From NCBI GenBank assembly GCA_963825135.1, contig CAWGRW010000009.1, forward strand, positions 1,248,001 to 1,312,000: a stretch of DNA of 64,000 bases. Direction: 5' to 3'. A program made the position numbers and the translations under genes. The stretch comes from an uncultured bacterium (GTDB taxonomy: Bacteria > Desulfobacterota_D > UBA1144 > Nemesobacterales > UBA2774). Below, one piece after another: positions 37,756 to 46,839 of this stretch. The notes below the pieces were generated by a model. It saw only the letters and a list, made by a program, of their open reading frames with translations, made no database searches and was not told the origin of the DNA. The number at the start of each line of letters is the position of its first letter. Position 1 is the first letter of the stretch.

Positions 37756-40752
37756 CTACCCTTGCTGATCCTCTTTTCTCACCACGAAGGATTGTTTGGA
37801 CAGCAGCCCGTTCGAATCCTTTGCGATAATCGTAATGAGGTTCACTTCATCATCGAGCTTGAGTTTGACGGACAGGGGCACTTCCTTGCTTGCGGAAGGC
37901 AGCAGCGCGACCTTGTTATCGCCTATGAAAACGGACACGAGCTCTATACCGTCCCCGTCGATGACGTCCCCGTTAAGCGTGATCGTTCCCGCAGTCGTGG
38001 AGACGGGCAGCCCGGTTACGTTGATGACAGGCGGGGCTTCGAAGGTCTCCTTCAGCAGTGAGCCGCCCGATGGCTGGGCGGGTCCTGCGGTTTCGGAAAT
38101 GACGACCTTCTCTTTATTGACCCAGCCCGTCGAGTTTTCATCTATTTTTATTTTTATCCAATTGCCGCTTTGTCCGAGGCCCGTGAAGGTAGCTCCCTGT
38201 CCCGAGAGCGCAATGATAGGGGCTTCCTGATAACCCCCTCCCCTGATCGGCGTGTCCGCCTCGGCTATCGTGACCGTAGATGCCTTTTTCTCGAACGCCG
38301 AACCGTCTGTTTTCCCCGGAATGATTGTTTTCCCTACGAGCCCTTCCTTAAAGACGTCGTCCACGATCTGGAGCTCCAGGTCGAGCGGGGAATCGGTGTT
38401 GTTCACATCGAATGTGAAAGTTGCGTCCCTGGTCTCGCCGGGGAGGAAGTTTTCAAATTCGGCCCTCCCCTTTTCAAGAAAAATTTTATCCCCCGAATTG
38501 TTTTTGAGCGTCAGTATCGTCTTTTCCGAAGCCCCCGGGCCGATGTTCTTGATCTTCGCCTCAAAAGCGATGATTTCCCCCGGCTCAGGGATTCCGTTGC
38601 CGTTCCCCCTGGACCCGCGGCTGCCGTCGTCCACGATCGCGTAATTGAAGGCATAGAGGGGCCTTTCGAGTCCGAACGTATCGGCGGTGAACCTGTAATC
38701 CGGTATCTTCGAGTCGTCCCCGTCCTCGAATTTAAGAGTCACCGTGTCCTCCCTGGTAAGGGCCCATTTCGGTATCTCGAACGTGGTTTTCCACGCCCTC
38801 TTCTCGCCCGGTTTTACCTTTCCGAATATGAGCTCTTTGCCGTCGAACACGGGGTTTTCGGATTCCGTCGCCGCCATGAGCCGGTATACGGGCTCAGTCC
38901 CGGTGTTCTCCACCTCGAAATTCACGTCGAGCTTCCCTCCGGCGCTGCCCTTGGGGGTTTCAGGGGTCACACGGACCGCGAGGGAGGGCGCTGCGCCCTG
39001 CGTCTTTTCATTGGTCCAGTCGATCCCCATGAGCTTCCATTGGTCCACGATCTTGTCTTCCTGGCCCTTCGAGATTTTGGTGATCTCCCCATGTATCTCG
39101 CCGAGCGATTCCTGCCTGGACGTGGAGGATGAGTTATTGATAATGTTCCTTGCGAGCGTTACGTAAAAATCCTCGTCGAGCTTCTTCCTCTTTTCCTCGC
39201 GCGACAGGGCCTCTTCGGGGGTGGGTTCTTCTTCCTCGTCGCCTTTCTTGACGGCGTTGTTATTGTCGAGGTACGTGACCGAATATACGGGCTTTTCCAG
39301 GACCCGGTTAATGTGTTCCTTTTTCTTGCCCGGCTTTTCGGGGATCTCGTTGTCGGAATTCGGATGGAACACGACAGTGTCGTCGGTGATAATCGCGGGG
39401 TGCAGGATAATGTCGGGCGTCACTCCGACGTCCTGGATCGAAATGTCGCCAGGTGTCAGGTACTGCGCTATCGTAAGCTTGAGCGCCGAGCCGTCGTTCA
39501 GATCGAATATCTGCTGAACAGACCCCTTCCCGAATGTTCTCTCCCCTATGACGATCGCCCTATCGTCGTTCTTGAGGGCCCCTGAGACGATCTCCGAGGC
39601 GCTCGCGCTCCCCGCATCGACCAGGATGACGACTTTACCGCTCAGTTCCTGGTCCTTGTCGTTCGCGTGGTATCGTTTGGCGGAATTCCCGATTTTAGTC
39701 GTGACTATCACGCCGTCGGTGAGGAAGAGGTCAGAGATCCTCTCTGCCTGGTCGAGAAGCCCGCCCGGGTTGCCCCTCAGATCGAGTATTATGCCCCTCG
39801 GGTTTTCCGCGCCGCTGCTCTGGAGGTTATGAATGATGCTGTCGAGGGTGTTTTTCTGAAAGTCCCTGATTCTCACGTACTGGATGCCGTCCCCCAGGTC
39901 GAACGTCTCGACGCTCTCTATTACTATGGTGTCCCGCATCATCTTGTATTCCCTGGGCGACGGGAACCCCTCTCTCATAACGTGTATCGAGACCTCCGTT
40001 CCGGCCGGCCCCCTCAGCTTGCTGACTGCTTCGATAAGCGACATGTTTATCGTGGATTCGTTCGCGATCTGTACGATCCTGTCGTTGGGTTTTATCCCGG
40101 CCCTGTAGGCCGGGGTCCCTTCTATCGGGGAAATGACCGCGAGCTCCCCGTCCCTTACCCCGATTACTATCCCCAGTCCGCCGAAGCTGCCCTCGGTTTC
40201 TATCATGAACTCCTTATATACCTGCGGGGTAATAATTCCTGAATGCGGGTCGAGCGAATTGAGCATCTGATCGATAACGGCGTATTCGATATCATTGATC
40301 TTCGGGTCGTTCGGCGTCAGGTGGGGAGAGATGAGCTGGAATACCAGTACGAGCCTGTCCGTGACGTCGTTGAGGGTTTCTACCCCGCTCATGTCGAACT
40401 CCTTTTTCTCCCCGGCTACCTGAACTTCGAACTTTGCGCTCTTCTCTCCGTCGGGGAATTCCACAAGCACCTGGTCGACGATCTGCTCCATTCTTTCGAG
40501 CCCGAGCATCAGCATTTTTTTCGGGTCGATGAGCGATTTGTCCACATAGTAGCGGTTCACGTACTGCATTACCGCGTCGGTCGTGCTCAGGTTGTCGGCC
40601 TGGGCCTCTTGCCCGAGAACCGCGGGAACGGGCTGGAAAAATATGACGCACGCGAAGGCGGCTAGAAATGCCGTTAATATAAAGAGGTTTTTGGCCCTTT
40701 CCGGAATTTTCTTCAAAATTCGTTCTCCTCGATTCTTGTCTTGTTTGCTCAA
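37756..40752 (-). CDS. S41 C-terminal processing peptidase with PDZ domain and long Ig-like/SH3-like C-terminal extension
   Basis: LDPHS, FGGLGI (PDZ), LDLRGNPGGLL, SASASEIV, TFGKGSVQ and GVTPDI, plus about 450 extra C-terminal residues. Confidence 0.9.
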   Translation of the reverse strand: MSKQDKNRGERILKKIPERAKNLFILTAFLAAFACVIFFQPVPAVLGQEAQADNLSTTDAVMQYVNRYYVDKSLIDPKKMLMLGLERMEQIVDQVLVEFPDGEKSAKFEVQVAGEKKEFDMSGVETLNDVTDRLVLVFQLISPHLTPNDPKINDIEYAVIDQMLNSLDPHSGIITPQVYKEFMIETEGSFGGLGIVIGVRDGELAVISPIEGTPAYRAGIKPNDRIVQIANESTINMSLIEAVSKLRGPAGTEVSIHVMREGFPSPREYKMMRDTIVIESVETFDLGDGIQYVRIRDFQKNTLDSIIHNLQSSGAENPRGIILDLRGNPGGLLDQAERISDLFLTDGVIVTTKIGNSAKRYHANDKDQELSGKVVILVDAGSASASEIVSGALKNDDRAIVIGERTFGKGSVQQIFDLNDGSALKLTIAQYLTPGDISIQDVGVTPDIILHPAIITDDTVVFHPNSDNEIPEKPGKKKEHINRVLEKPVYSVTYLDNNNAVKKGDEEEEPTPEEALSREEKRKKLDEDFYVTLARNIINNSSSTSRQESLGEIHGEITKISKGQEDKIVDQWKLMGIDWTNEKTQGAAPSLAVRVTPETPKGSAGGKLDVNFEVENTGTEPVYRLMAATESENPVFDGKELIFGKVKPGEKRAWKTTFEIPKWALTREDTVTLKFEDGDDSKIPDYRFTADTFGLERPLYAFNYAIVDDGSRGSRGNGNGIPEPGEIIAFEAKIKNIGPGASEKTILTLKNNSGDKIFLEKGRAEFENFLPGETRDATFTFDVNNTDSPLDLELQIVDDVFKEGLVGKTIIPGKTDGSAFEKKASTVTIAEADTPIRGGGYQEAPIIALSGQGATFTGLGQSGNWIKIKIDENSTGWVNKEKVVISETAGPAQPSGGSLLKETFEAPPVINVTGLPVSTTAGTITLNGDVIDGDGIELVSVFIGDNKVALLPSASKEVPLSVKLKLDDEVNLITIIAKDSNGLLSKQSFVVRKEDQQG

Positions 40753-41539
40753 TAAGATATTACCACATCATGCGGACCGTCATTAAAACCGGCCCCCACT
40801 CCCGGGCCTCGGACCCGTTTGTTGGAGAATCTGGTTTTGAATTGAAAGATGCGCCTGATTACAGTCAGATAATTTTAACCGATTTTCTGCGAAAAGTTCA
40901 TTCCCGCGCCCGCCGCGCCGTTTGTCAATATACATTATATGCTAGATATATATAATATTTATTGCTCCCGTCAGACGGCTTCGGGTCGGCGGACCTCAGG
41001 GGGCCGGATGTCCGTCCGGGTATCGGCCGGGCCCCGGGGTATCGAGGATGGGGGCTGGAGAATATCGGGCTCGGGCGCCCCTGGCCCCGACGACGCCCCC
41101 CGAACGGGTTCGGATCGGGCGGGGAAGGGGGGGGCGCGTCCGACGCCGGTTCGAGCCGGCCCGGGGTCAGGATCGGTCTCCCCCGGGGTCTCGCGGGTCT
41201 GATTGACGCCTGTTTCCGTATCCGGTTCCCGTGGCGGGGGCCCGCCCGGGTGCGGTCTGCGCGACAGGCCGGCATTTCGGTGATTATGGGCATTGGCAAT
41301 TTCCGACGGGCGCGGGCAGGGTGAAGTGAGAATTTCATTTTACATATTAAGTCACGACAGGCGGTTAGAGGCGGCCAATGGGATATAAACCCGCGATAGC
41401 CCCATGGAATGCGCATATGTTTCTCAATGGTGGAGGGGGCTTATGCCGAGGCTCGTAACTTGCATGCATTTGTAGTCCGGGGGCATGCCCCTATTTATTC
41501 CTTGTGCCGACCGTGAAATTAAAGGATGACCAAAATATC

Positions 41540-41568
41540 TTGACAAGGGGTATAATTTGTGATGTAAT
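41540..41568 (+). promoter_or_regulatory. Sigma70-type promoter P1 of the surface-protein operon
   Basis: TTGACA (41540-45), 17 bp spacer, TGTAAT (41563-68) with TGn extension. Confidence 0.65.
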
Positions 41569-41643
41569 TGCTATAATTTTGAAGGAGGAAGGAGTATGGT
41601 TTCATATCTCCGGAATGTACATATTTGCGCTGGAGAAAAGGAC

Positions 41644-41672
41644 TTGACAACGACTTCTTTCTATGTTGTAAT
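41644..41672 (+). promoter_or_regulatory. Sigma70-type promoter P2 of the surface-protein operon
   Basis: TTGACA (41644-49), 17 bp spacer, TGTAAT (41667-72) with TGn extension. Confidence 0.65.
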
Positions 41673-41839
41673 TCTGAGCAGTTGTGAGTTGTATCGGGTA
41701 TTCGTTTATAGTAAGGAGATGGAGCTTGCCTGAATAAACCGATTCCCGCACATTTTTGCTATCTCGAAAATTTAGAAGGAGGATGTTTATGACTAAAGGA
41801 AATTTGATTAACAATACCAAAACAAGGAGGAAAGGTTCA

Positions 41840-42835
41840 ATGCTACAGGATAGTTTATCCAAAATTAAGTACTTTTTAGTGCTTGCTGTTCTTTTAATAA
41901 TACCGATTCGGGCAATGGCAGGCGATGGTATTTTCGATGAGCTTATTGATCAGACCGACACTGGCGCTGACAGGCTCATTTACGCCTTCGATACGGTAGG
42001 CAGGGAAACATACATACAGGTCACCAACACGTCGGACTCGACAGTAAGCATTCATGTTCAGGTCTTTGAGGCCAGCGCGGACTGTTTCGAATTTGACTTC
42101 GACGAATGTCTGACCCCTGGCGATACCATCGTATGGAACGTGGAAACCGATTTTCCGGGATCCCCTGACCTTTCCGACGCCAATGGTTTCGTTGCTATAT
42201 CGAACGACGATGAAGGGCTTTGCTCAGCGGGACCGAGCAACTCTTTGATCGGCATGTTCAGGATAATAGACGACAGCGGATATGAATACAGAACGAACGC
42301 GGCCGCCAGTGAGGATCGCACCAGCTTCGATGAGCTCTATGATGTCCTTAACTTCAACGACGTGAACGGTAATAACCTTTCGGACGTAATCGGCATCACG
42401 TACGTTGACATCGATTCTAACACGGTGTTCGCTTCTAATGGTATCGCGACCCTGTTTGGAGACATCAACGACCCCGCGCAGATTTTGATATTCGACGGGA
42501 ATGAGAACGCTAATTCATGCAGCCCGATAATTTTCGCCTGCACCGATAATTATGGTATAGACAACTCTATTCCTAGCTCTCAGGGCAACAATGTCGTTTG
42601 CAACACGAGCAAGCTCTCCGACTCCAACGATTCCGGCTGGCTGTTTATGCCGTACATCACCAAGGTATGCTTTAATTCGGACGGTGAGGACGTAGATTGT
42701 CCGGAAGATCCAATATACTTCGTTGGATTCCTTGGGCTCAACAACGGCGACGGAAGCGGTTCGATGGATTCCTGGATATCCGTGCGCGACGAGTTGCTGC
42801 AGATTGAACCACCTTCGGCAGGCACTGCGGAATAG
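41840..42835 (+). CDS. Secreted acidic Cys-containing protein (putative surface-layer protein), paralog of the next gene
   Basis: AAGGAGG SD, Sec signal peptide (...IPIRAMA-G), Asp/Asn-rich and Lys-poor mature region; alternative ATG at 41789. Confidence 0.85.
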   Translation: MLQDSLSKIKYFLVLAVLLIIPIRAMAGDGIFDELIDQTDTGADRLIYAFDTVGRETYIQVTNTSDSTVSIHVQVFEASADCFEFDFDECLTPGDTIVWNVETDFPGSPDLSDANGFVAISNDDEGLCSAGPSNSLIGMFRIIDDSGYEYRTNAAASEDRTSFDELYDVLNFNDVNGNNLSDVIGITYVDIDSNTVFASNGIATLFGDINDPAQILIFDGNENANSCSPIIFACTDNYGIDNSIPSSQGNNVVCNTSKLSDSNDSGWLFMPYITKVCFNSDGEDVDCPEDPIYFVGFLGLNNGDGSGSMDSWISVRDELLQIEPPSAGTAE

Positions 42836-42904
42836 GTTGATAATATGAGGTTGATAATGATGAATATCGGATGCATAACAAATTTAAAAAAGGAGGATAA
42901 ATAA

Positions 42905-44920
42905 ATGATAAGCAAGTTAAGGTTTTCATTGATCGCTGTAATATTGCTTGTCCTCTTCGGTTTCGGTTTTCAGAACCAGGCTAAAGGGCAAGTGGGAAAT
43001 AATGACCAGTTTTGTCCGTTCGTCGAGGTAACTGAGGGATGGCTCAAAACTACGGATATCACTGCACTTACCCCCCTTAATTTCTCGGCTGCTTTGATTG
43101 GCACCGTGGAGGGTGTGGGCGGGCATGTAGTGGCTGGTATGGATTGGCAGCATGTTGATTTCACCAATTTTGATCAGCCGACGCCTACCAACGAAACTGG
43201 CGCCCAGCTGGTTACCCCATGGTCCCAGGCTGAGGGCAACGATACGTTCCTTCAGGTAACGAATGCTGAGGATATTGGTACCTGGGTTCACGTTCGTTTA
43301 CTCGACAGTAATTGCATAGAAATCAGAAACTTCTGCGATTTTTATACAGGTGGCGATACCCACGTGTATGATTTCGGCGACCTCGTCACGAATAATGGCG
43401 ATACGCCGGACGATGGCGTGCTTCAGGGCAAAGAAGGTTTCCTGACCGTTACCGCGGTTGATGACTGTCCTTCTCCCGACCAGGCGTTTTCCTGCGATCC
43501 CCTTGATGGCGGTTGCTGGCAGAACAAGTTGGCCGGTACGGTGCAGATCGTAAACAGCTCCCACGATTCTTACGGGTTTAACACCTATGCCAGAAGGGGC
43601 GTTTGCTTCGACCAGGAAATCCTGACCGACGTCAACCTTATAGACAACGGCAGCTTCCAGAATGGGTCCCTTCCGGATTGGAGCCAGGAGCAGGGCGGAA
43701 ATGAGGCCAGCGGAGTGATAACGTCAAGCGGTATTTCACCGAGCATCCCGATTCCCCCGTGTCAGGGTCCCGATTGCGGTGGCGATGCGGATCTTTTCCA
43801 GGCCTTTGCGGCTTCTGACAGCAACAACCCGAGCGGGTTTTACGGGCAAAACGCTACTCCAACTAGCATACTTGGCTGGCTGAACGATCCCGATTTGATT
43901 AACTCGGGTGACAATGATACAAACGTAACAGTCGTTCAGAGTAACCAGTTCACGCCTCTCGCTGACCCGGATGCGGTAGATAATACAAACGATGTGTTAT
44001 ATGACCTCCGCTTCCTGTCGGCTAACGACCTGCTCTTTGACTGCGACAACTACGTAGCCGTATGTCTGATCGATATTACCCAATGGCTTGTTAACCCGGT
44101 TCTTAATACGCCGTCCTTTGTTGAATGCGACTGCTATAACCGTAACGGCGCTGGACAGATTACAGGCGGGACTTGCGGCGATGTAGGCGACGACAACTTC
44201 AGTTACGCGCTTGGTTCCCATGAGTTCCAGGGCGGCGCTTCCTCACTCATCAGTGGCGAGCTGAGTACTGCGAGCGACTTTTCTACCTACGTGGTCCAGT
44301 TCATAACCGCACAGAAGGTGAATGACGGTTGCGACAATTCGGCCTTCCCGCGCGGCGATACCGGAGCGTTGGTTGATAACTTCAGGAACGTTGAAACCAT
44401 CCAGACATTCGATGAGTGCGATGGCGTTCTCGACGGAGATTTCAACGCGTTCTTGAATGACTTCCTCCCGACGGAGTTCGCTGGTCAGTTCAACGTGATC
44501 GACGGCAATACTGCCGGCGGTGATGCGATACTGATCAACTTCGCCGACGAGTATGTGCCGAATTACAGGACGCTCGCTGCTACGATATCCGCAAACGTCG
44601 GTATCTTCGATACTAACGAAGACTTCCAGAGCTGCGGCGATGTAGTTGCTTGCTACCTCAGGCTGGGAATAGACGCGGATATACCGGTTAACCCGGTCAA
44701 TCCGACGACGCCTCCGCCGTCCACGACACCTCCGCCGTCCACGACACCTCCGACGATTGGACCGACACCGACACCATCACACAACAACAACAGCGGTGGA
44801 AGCTGCGCGATTGCCGGCAGCCCGGTTCAGCTCGGAACAGCGTTTGCTAACGTGCTTATACCTCTGGTACCGGTAGCCTTCGCGTTCGGCGTAAGGGCAG
44901 TAAGAAGAAGAAAGAAATAA
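42905..44920 (+). CDS. Secreted acidic surface protein with Thr/Pro linker and Cys-containing C-terminal sorting signal
   Basis: AAGGAGG SD, signal peptide, acidic Cys-rich body, TTPPPS repeats, and SGGSCAIAG + hydrophobic helix + RRRKK terminus. Confidence 0.88.
   Translation: MISKLRFSLIAVILLVLFGFGFQNQAKGQVGNNDQFCPFVEVTEGWLKTTDITALTPLNFSAALIGTVEGVGGHVVAGMDWQHVDFTNFDQPTPTNETGAQLVTPWSQAEGNDTFLQVTNAEDIGTWVHVRLLDSNCIEIRNFCDFYTGGDTHVYDFGDLVTNNGDTPDDGVLQGKEGFLTVTAVDDCPSPDQAFSCDPLDGGCWQNKLAGTVQIVNSSHDSYGFNTYARRGVCFDQEILTDVNLIDNGSFQNGSLPDWSQEQGGNEASGVITSSGISPSIPIPPCQGPDCGGDADLFQAFAASDSNNPSGFYGQNATPTSILGWLNDPDLINSGDNDTNVTVVQSNQFTPLADPDAVDNTNDVLYDLRFLSANDLLFDCDNYVAVCLIDITQWLVNPVLNTPSFVECDCYNRNGAGQITGGTCGDVGDDNFSYALGSHEFQGGASSLISGELSTASDFSTYVVQFITAQKVNDGCDNSAFPRGDTGALVDNFRNVETIQTFDECDGVLDGDFNAFLNDFLPTEFAGQFNVIDGNTAGGDAILINFADEYVPNYRTLAATISANVGIFDTNEDFQSCGDVVACYLRLGIDADIPVNPVNPTTPPPSTTPPPSTTPPTIGPTPTPSHNNNSGGSCAIAGSPVQLGTAFANVLIPLVPVAFAFGVRAVRRRKK
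44711..44752 (+). repeat. 18-bp tandem repeat encoding the PPPSTT linker
   Basis: CCTCCGCCGTCCACGACA twice (44711-28, 44729-46) plus partial CCTCCG. Confidence 0.9.
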
Positions 44921-44934
44921 GATGAATTCAAACT

Positions 44935-45029
44935 GCGGGGAGGCGGACTTAAGGTCTGCCCCCTTGCTTTATTTATGAAGTAGATTTAGCCGGGAGAATT
45001 AGGAAACTAGCTCTCCCGGCTTTTTATTT
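44935..45029 (+). terminator. Two tandem terminator-like hairpins after the surface-protein operon
   Basis: GCGGGGAGGCGGAC/GTCTGCCCCCTTGC + TTTATTT, then AGCCGGGAGA/TCTCCCGGCT + TTTTATTT. Confidence 0.75.
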
Positions 45030-45120
45030 GCCCCCTGGTCAAAAAGCGGCAGCCTGTAAATTTGCTCTTCGCACCGTCTCTGGATAATATTTAACAATCC
45101 CCGTTACACGGCCTGATATT

Positions 45121-46260
45121 ATGAAGACCAATAGATGCGTGCTTATACACTATGGAGAGCTGTCTCTTAAAGGCAGGAACAGGGGCGATTTCGAATTGAG
45201 GCTCAGGGACAATATCGAGAGGATAGCCGGGGGAGCGGTCAGCAGATACAGGGGCTATTTTGTGATGCAAGGCGGGGAGCCTGCTTTGCTCGATAAGGTC
45301 CCGGGCATATCCTGGTACGCCGAGGCCTCTGTTGCCGGTAATGACCTCGATTCGATTATAGAGTTGGTAAGGGAAGAGCTCGGCCGCATGTTCGCGGGGG
45401 GGCGCCCCCCCCTCAGCTTCGGGGTTTTTGCCCGGAGGCCTAATAAGAAGTTCCCGCTTACTTCGGGAAAGGTCGCGGAATTATTGGGAGATGAAATTAT
45501 TAATAAATACGGGTTTACTACCGATCTTCGAAATCCGGACATTAGTGTCTTTCTCGAGATAGCCGATAGAACCTACGTCTTTTTCGAAAAAAAGCAAGGA
45601 CTGAGGGGATTCCCAACGGATGTCAGCGGGCATGTCTTGTCCTTAATATCCGGGGGCATAGACTCCCCCGTATCTTCTTATCTCATGATGAAAAGGGGCT
45701 GCAGGGTCGATCTGATTCATTTCCACGTATTTAGCGACAGCGGTCACGTGGCCGCCACTAAAATGAGCGGAATTTTCCGGAAAATCAATGAATTCCAGAT
45801 CGGCACCCGTGTATATCTTGTGCCCTATTACGCTTTCGAATCCGCCCTGCTCAGGCTCGACGGAACAGGCGGGAACGAGCTCGTCGTCTTCAGGAGGTTC
45901 ATGGTGGCGGTCGCGGAACGAATAGCCCTCGCGAACGGTTGCGCGGCGCTTGTAACCGGAGACAGCCTGGGCCAGGTCGCCTCTCAAACCATAGAAAACA
46001 TAACACTTGTAAAAGAAGCTGTCTCTCTGCCGATTTTCCAGCCGCTCATTACATACGACAAGCAGGAAATAGTGGATTATGCGAAGAAGCTCGGAACATA
46101 TGACTTATCTATCGAGCCTTATAAGGATTGCTGCTCGATTGTCTCGGAGAACCCGAGGACCAGGGCGAGGCGGGAGCATGTTCTGGATATTGAGAGGGCC
46201 ATGGACATTCAAAAAGTGATCACGGAAACGCTTGAGATGGTAACGCTTTATGACTTATAG
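45121..46260 (+). CDS. thiI: tRNA 4-thiouridine synthase ThiI (short form, no rhodanese domain)
   Basis: YGELSLKGRNR, THUMP domain, PP-loop SGGIDSPV, GDSLGQVASQT and PYKDCC. Confidence 0.93.
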   Translation: MKTNRCVLIHYGELSLKGRNRGDFELRLRDNIERIAGGAVSRYRGYFVMQGGEPALLDKVPGISWYAEASVAGNDLDSIIELVREELGRMFAGGRPPLSFGVFARRPNKKFPLTSGKVAELLGDEIINKYGFTTDLRNPDISVFLEIADRTYVFFEKKQGLRGFPTDVSGHVLSLISGGIDSPVSSYLMMKRGCRVDLIHFHVFSDSGHVAATKMSGIFRKINEFQIGTRVYLVPYYAFESALLRLDGTGGNELVVFRRFMVAVAERIALANGCAALVTGDSLGQVASQTIENITLVKEAVSLPIFQPLITYDKQEIVDYAKKLGTYDLSIEPYKDCCSIVSENPRTRARREHVLDIERAMDIQKVITETLEMVTLYDL

Positions 46261-46282
46261 AAGGGTATCGTCAATAATGTTA

Positions 46283-46828
46283 TTAATGCTTTTTGCTAAT
46301 TTTAGGAGCTTGCGCATAGTCCATGAACCCCCTCGGCTGCGGCGGCCCGTCGTAGGAGAGCCTTTTCCACACCGTGGGGTCTGAGTAATAGAATCGAATG
46401 ACTACTCTCCGGAAGCTCTCGAGAAAGCTTCTGTTGTCCACCCTTATATGCTTAATCAGCGTATCGATTTCTTCCCTGTTTTTAAGTGAGTAAAATGGCG
46501 TCTTAAATTTTTTCCTGGAGATCGCGTCCAGGTTCCACAGACCGGCGTCGAAAAAGCTGGCTGTGCCTTTGCTTGATCTGACAAAGGACATCATCTTGTC
46601 CTCAATCCCTATACTCACGCATCCGGGCACTAGCGATTCCGCCAGTTTTACCATATTCTTTTGTGTTGTTTCATTAAACACCGTGTACCCTTTTTTGACT
46701 TCGAACCCGCCCTTGTTCAGGTCGGTCTCGGCGAAGGCTGCGGGCCCGGCTCCCGCAATTACCTCGCTCCCGATGAGTCCCGTTGCAACGGTTTTTAAGA
46801 ACTTCCTTCTTGAGCTTTTCTTGTCCAT
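46283..46828 (-). CDS. Tat-exported gluconate-2-dehydrogenase subunit-3-like protein
   Basis: Twin-arginine SRRKFLK signal ending in AFA; C-terminal FYYSDPTVWKRLSYDGP. Confidence 0.72.
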   Translation of the reverse strand: MDKKSSRRKFLKTVATGLIGSEVIAGAGPAAFAETDLNKGGFEVKKGYTVFNETTQKNMVKLAESLVPGCVSIGIEDKMMSFVRSSKGTASFFDAGLWNLDAISRKKFKTPFYSLKNREEIDTLIKHIRVDNRSFLESFRRVVIRFYYSDPTVWKRLSYDGPPQPRGFMDYAQAPKISKKH

Positions 46829-46839
46829 ACCGGTTCCGT

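Noticed and set aside
41140..41165. GCCGGTTCGAGCCGGC resembling a tRNA T-arm
   Set aside because: The loop is 6 nt and no D-arm, anticodon arm or acceptor stem can be built around it.
40925..41416. Pro/Arg/Gly-rich ORFs in the GC-rich tract
   Set aside because: Several frames on both strands are open because of GC content; no SD or recognisable motif.
41428..41440. CTCCACCA on the minus strand, resembling a tmRNA/tRNA 3' end or att site
   Set aside because: No T-arm (GTTCGA) precedes it, no matching 5' acceptor stem and no integrase nearby.
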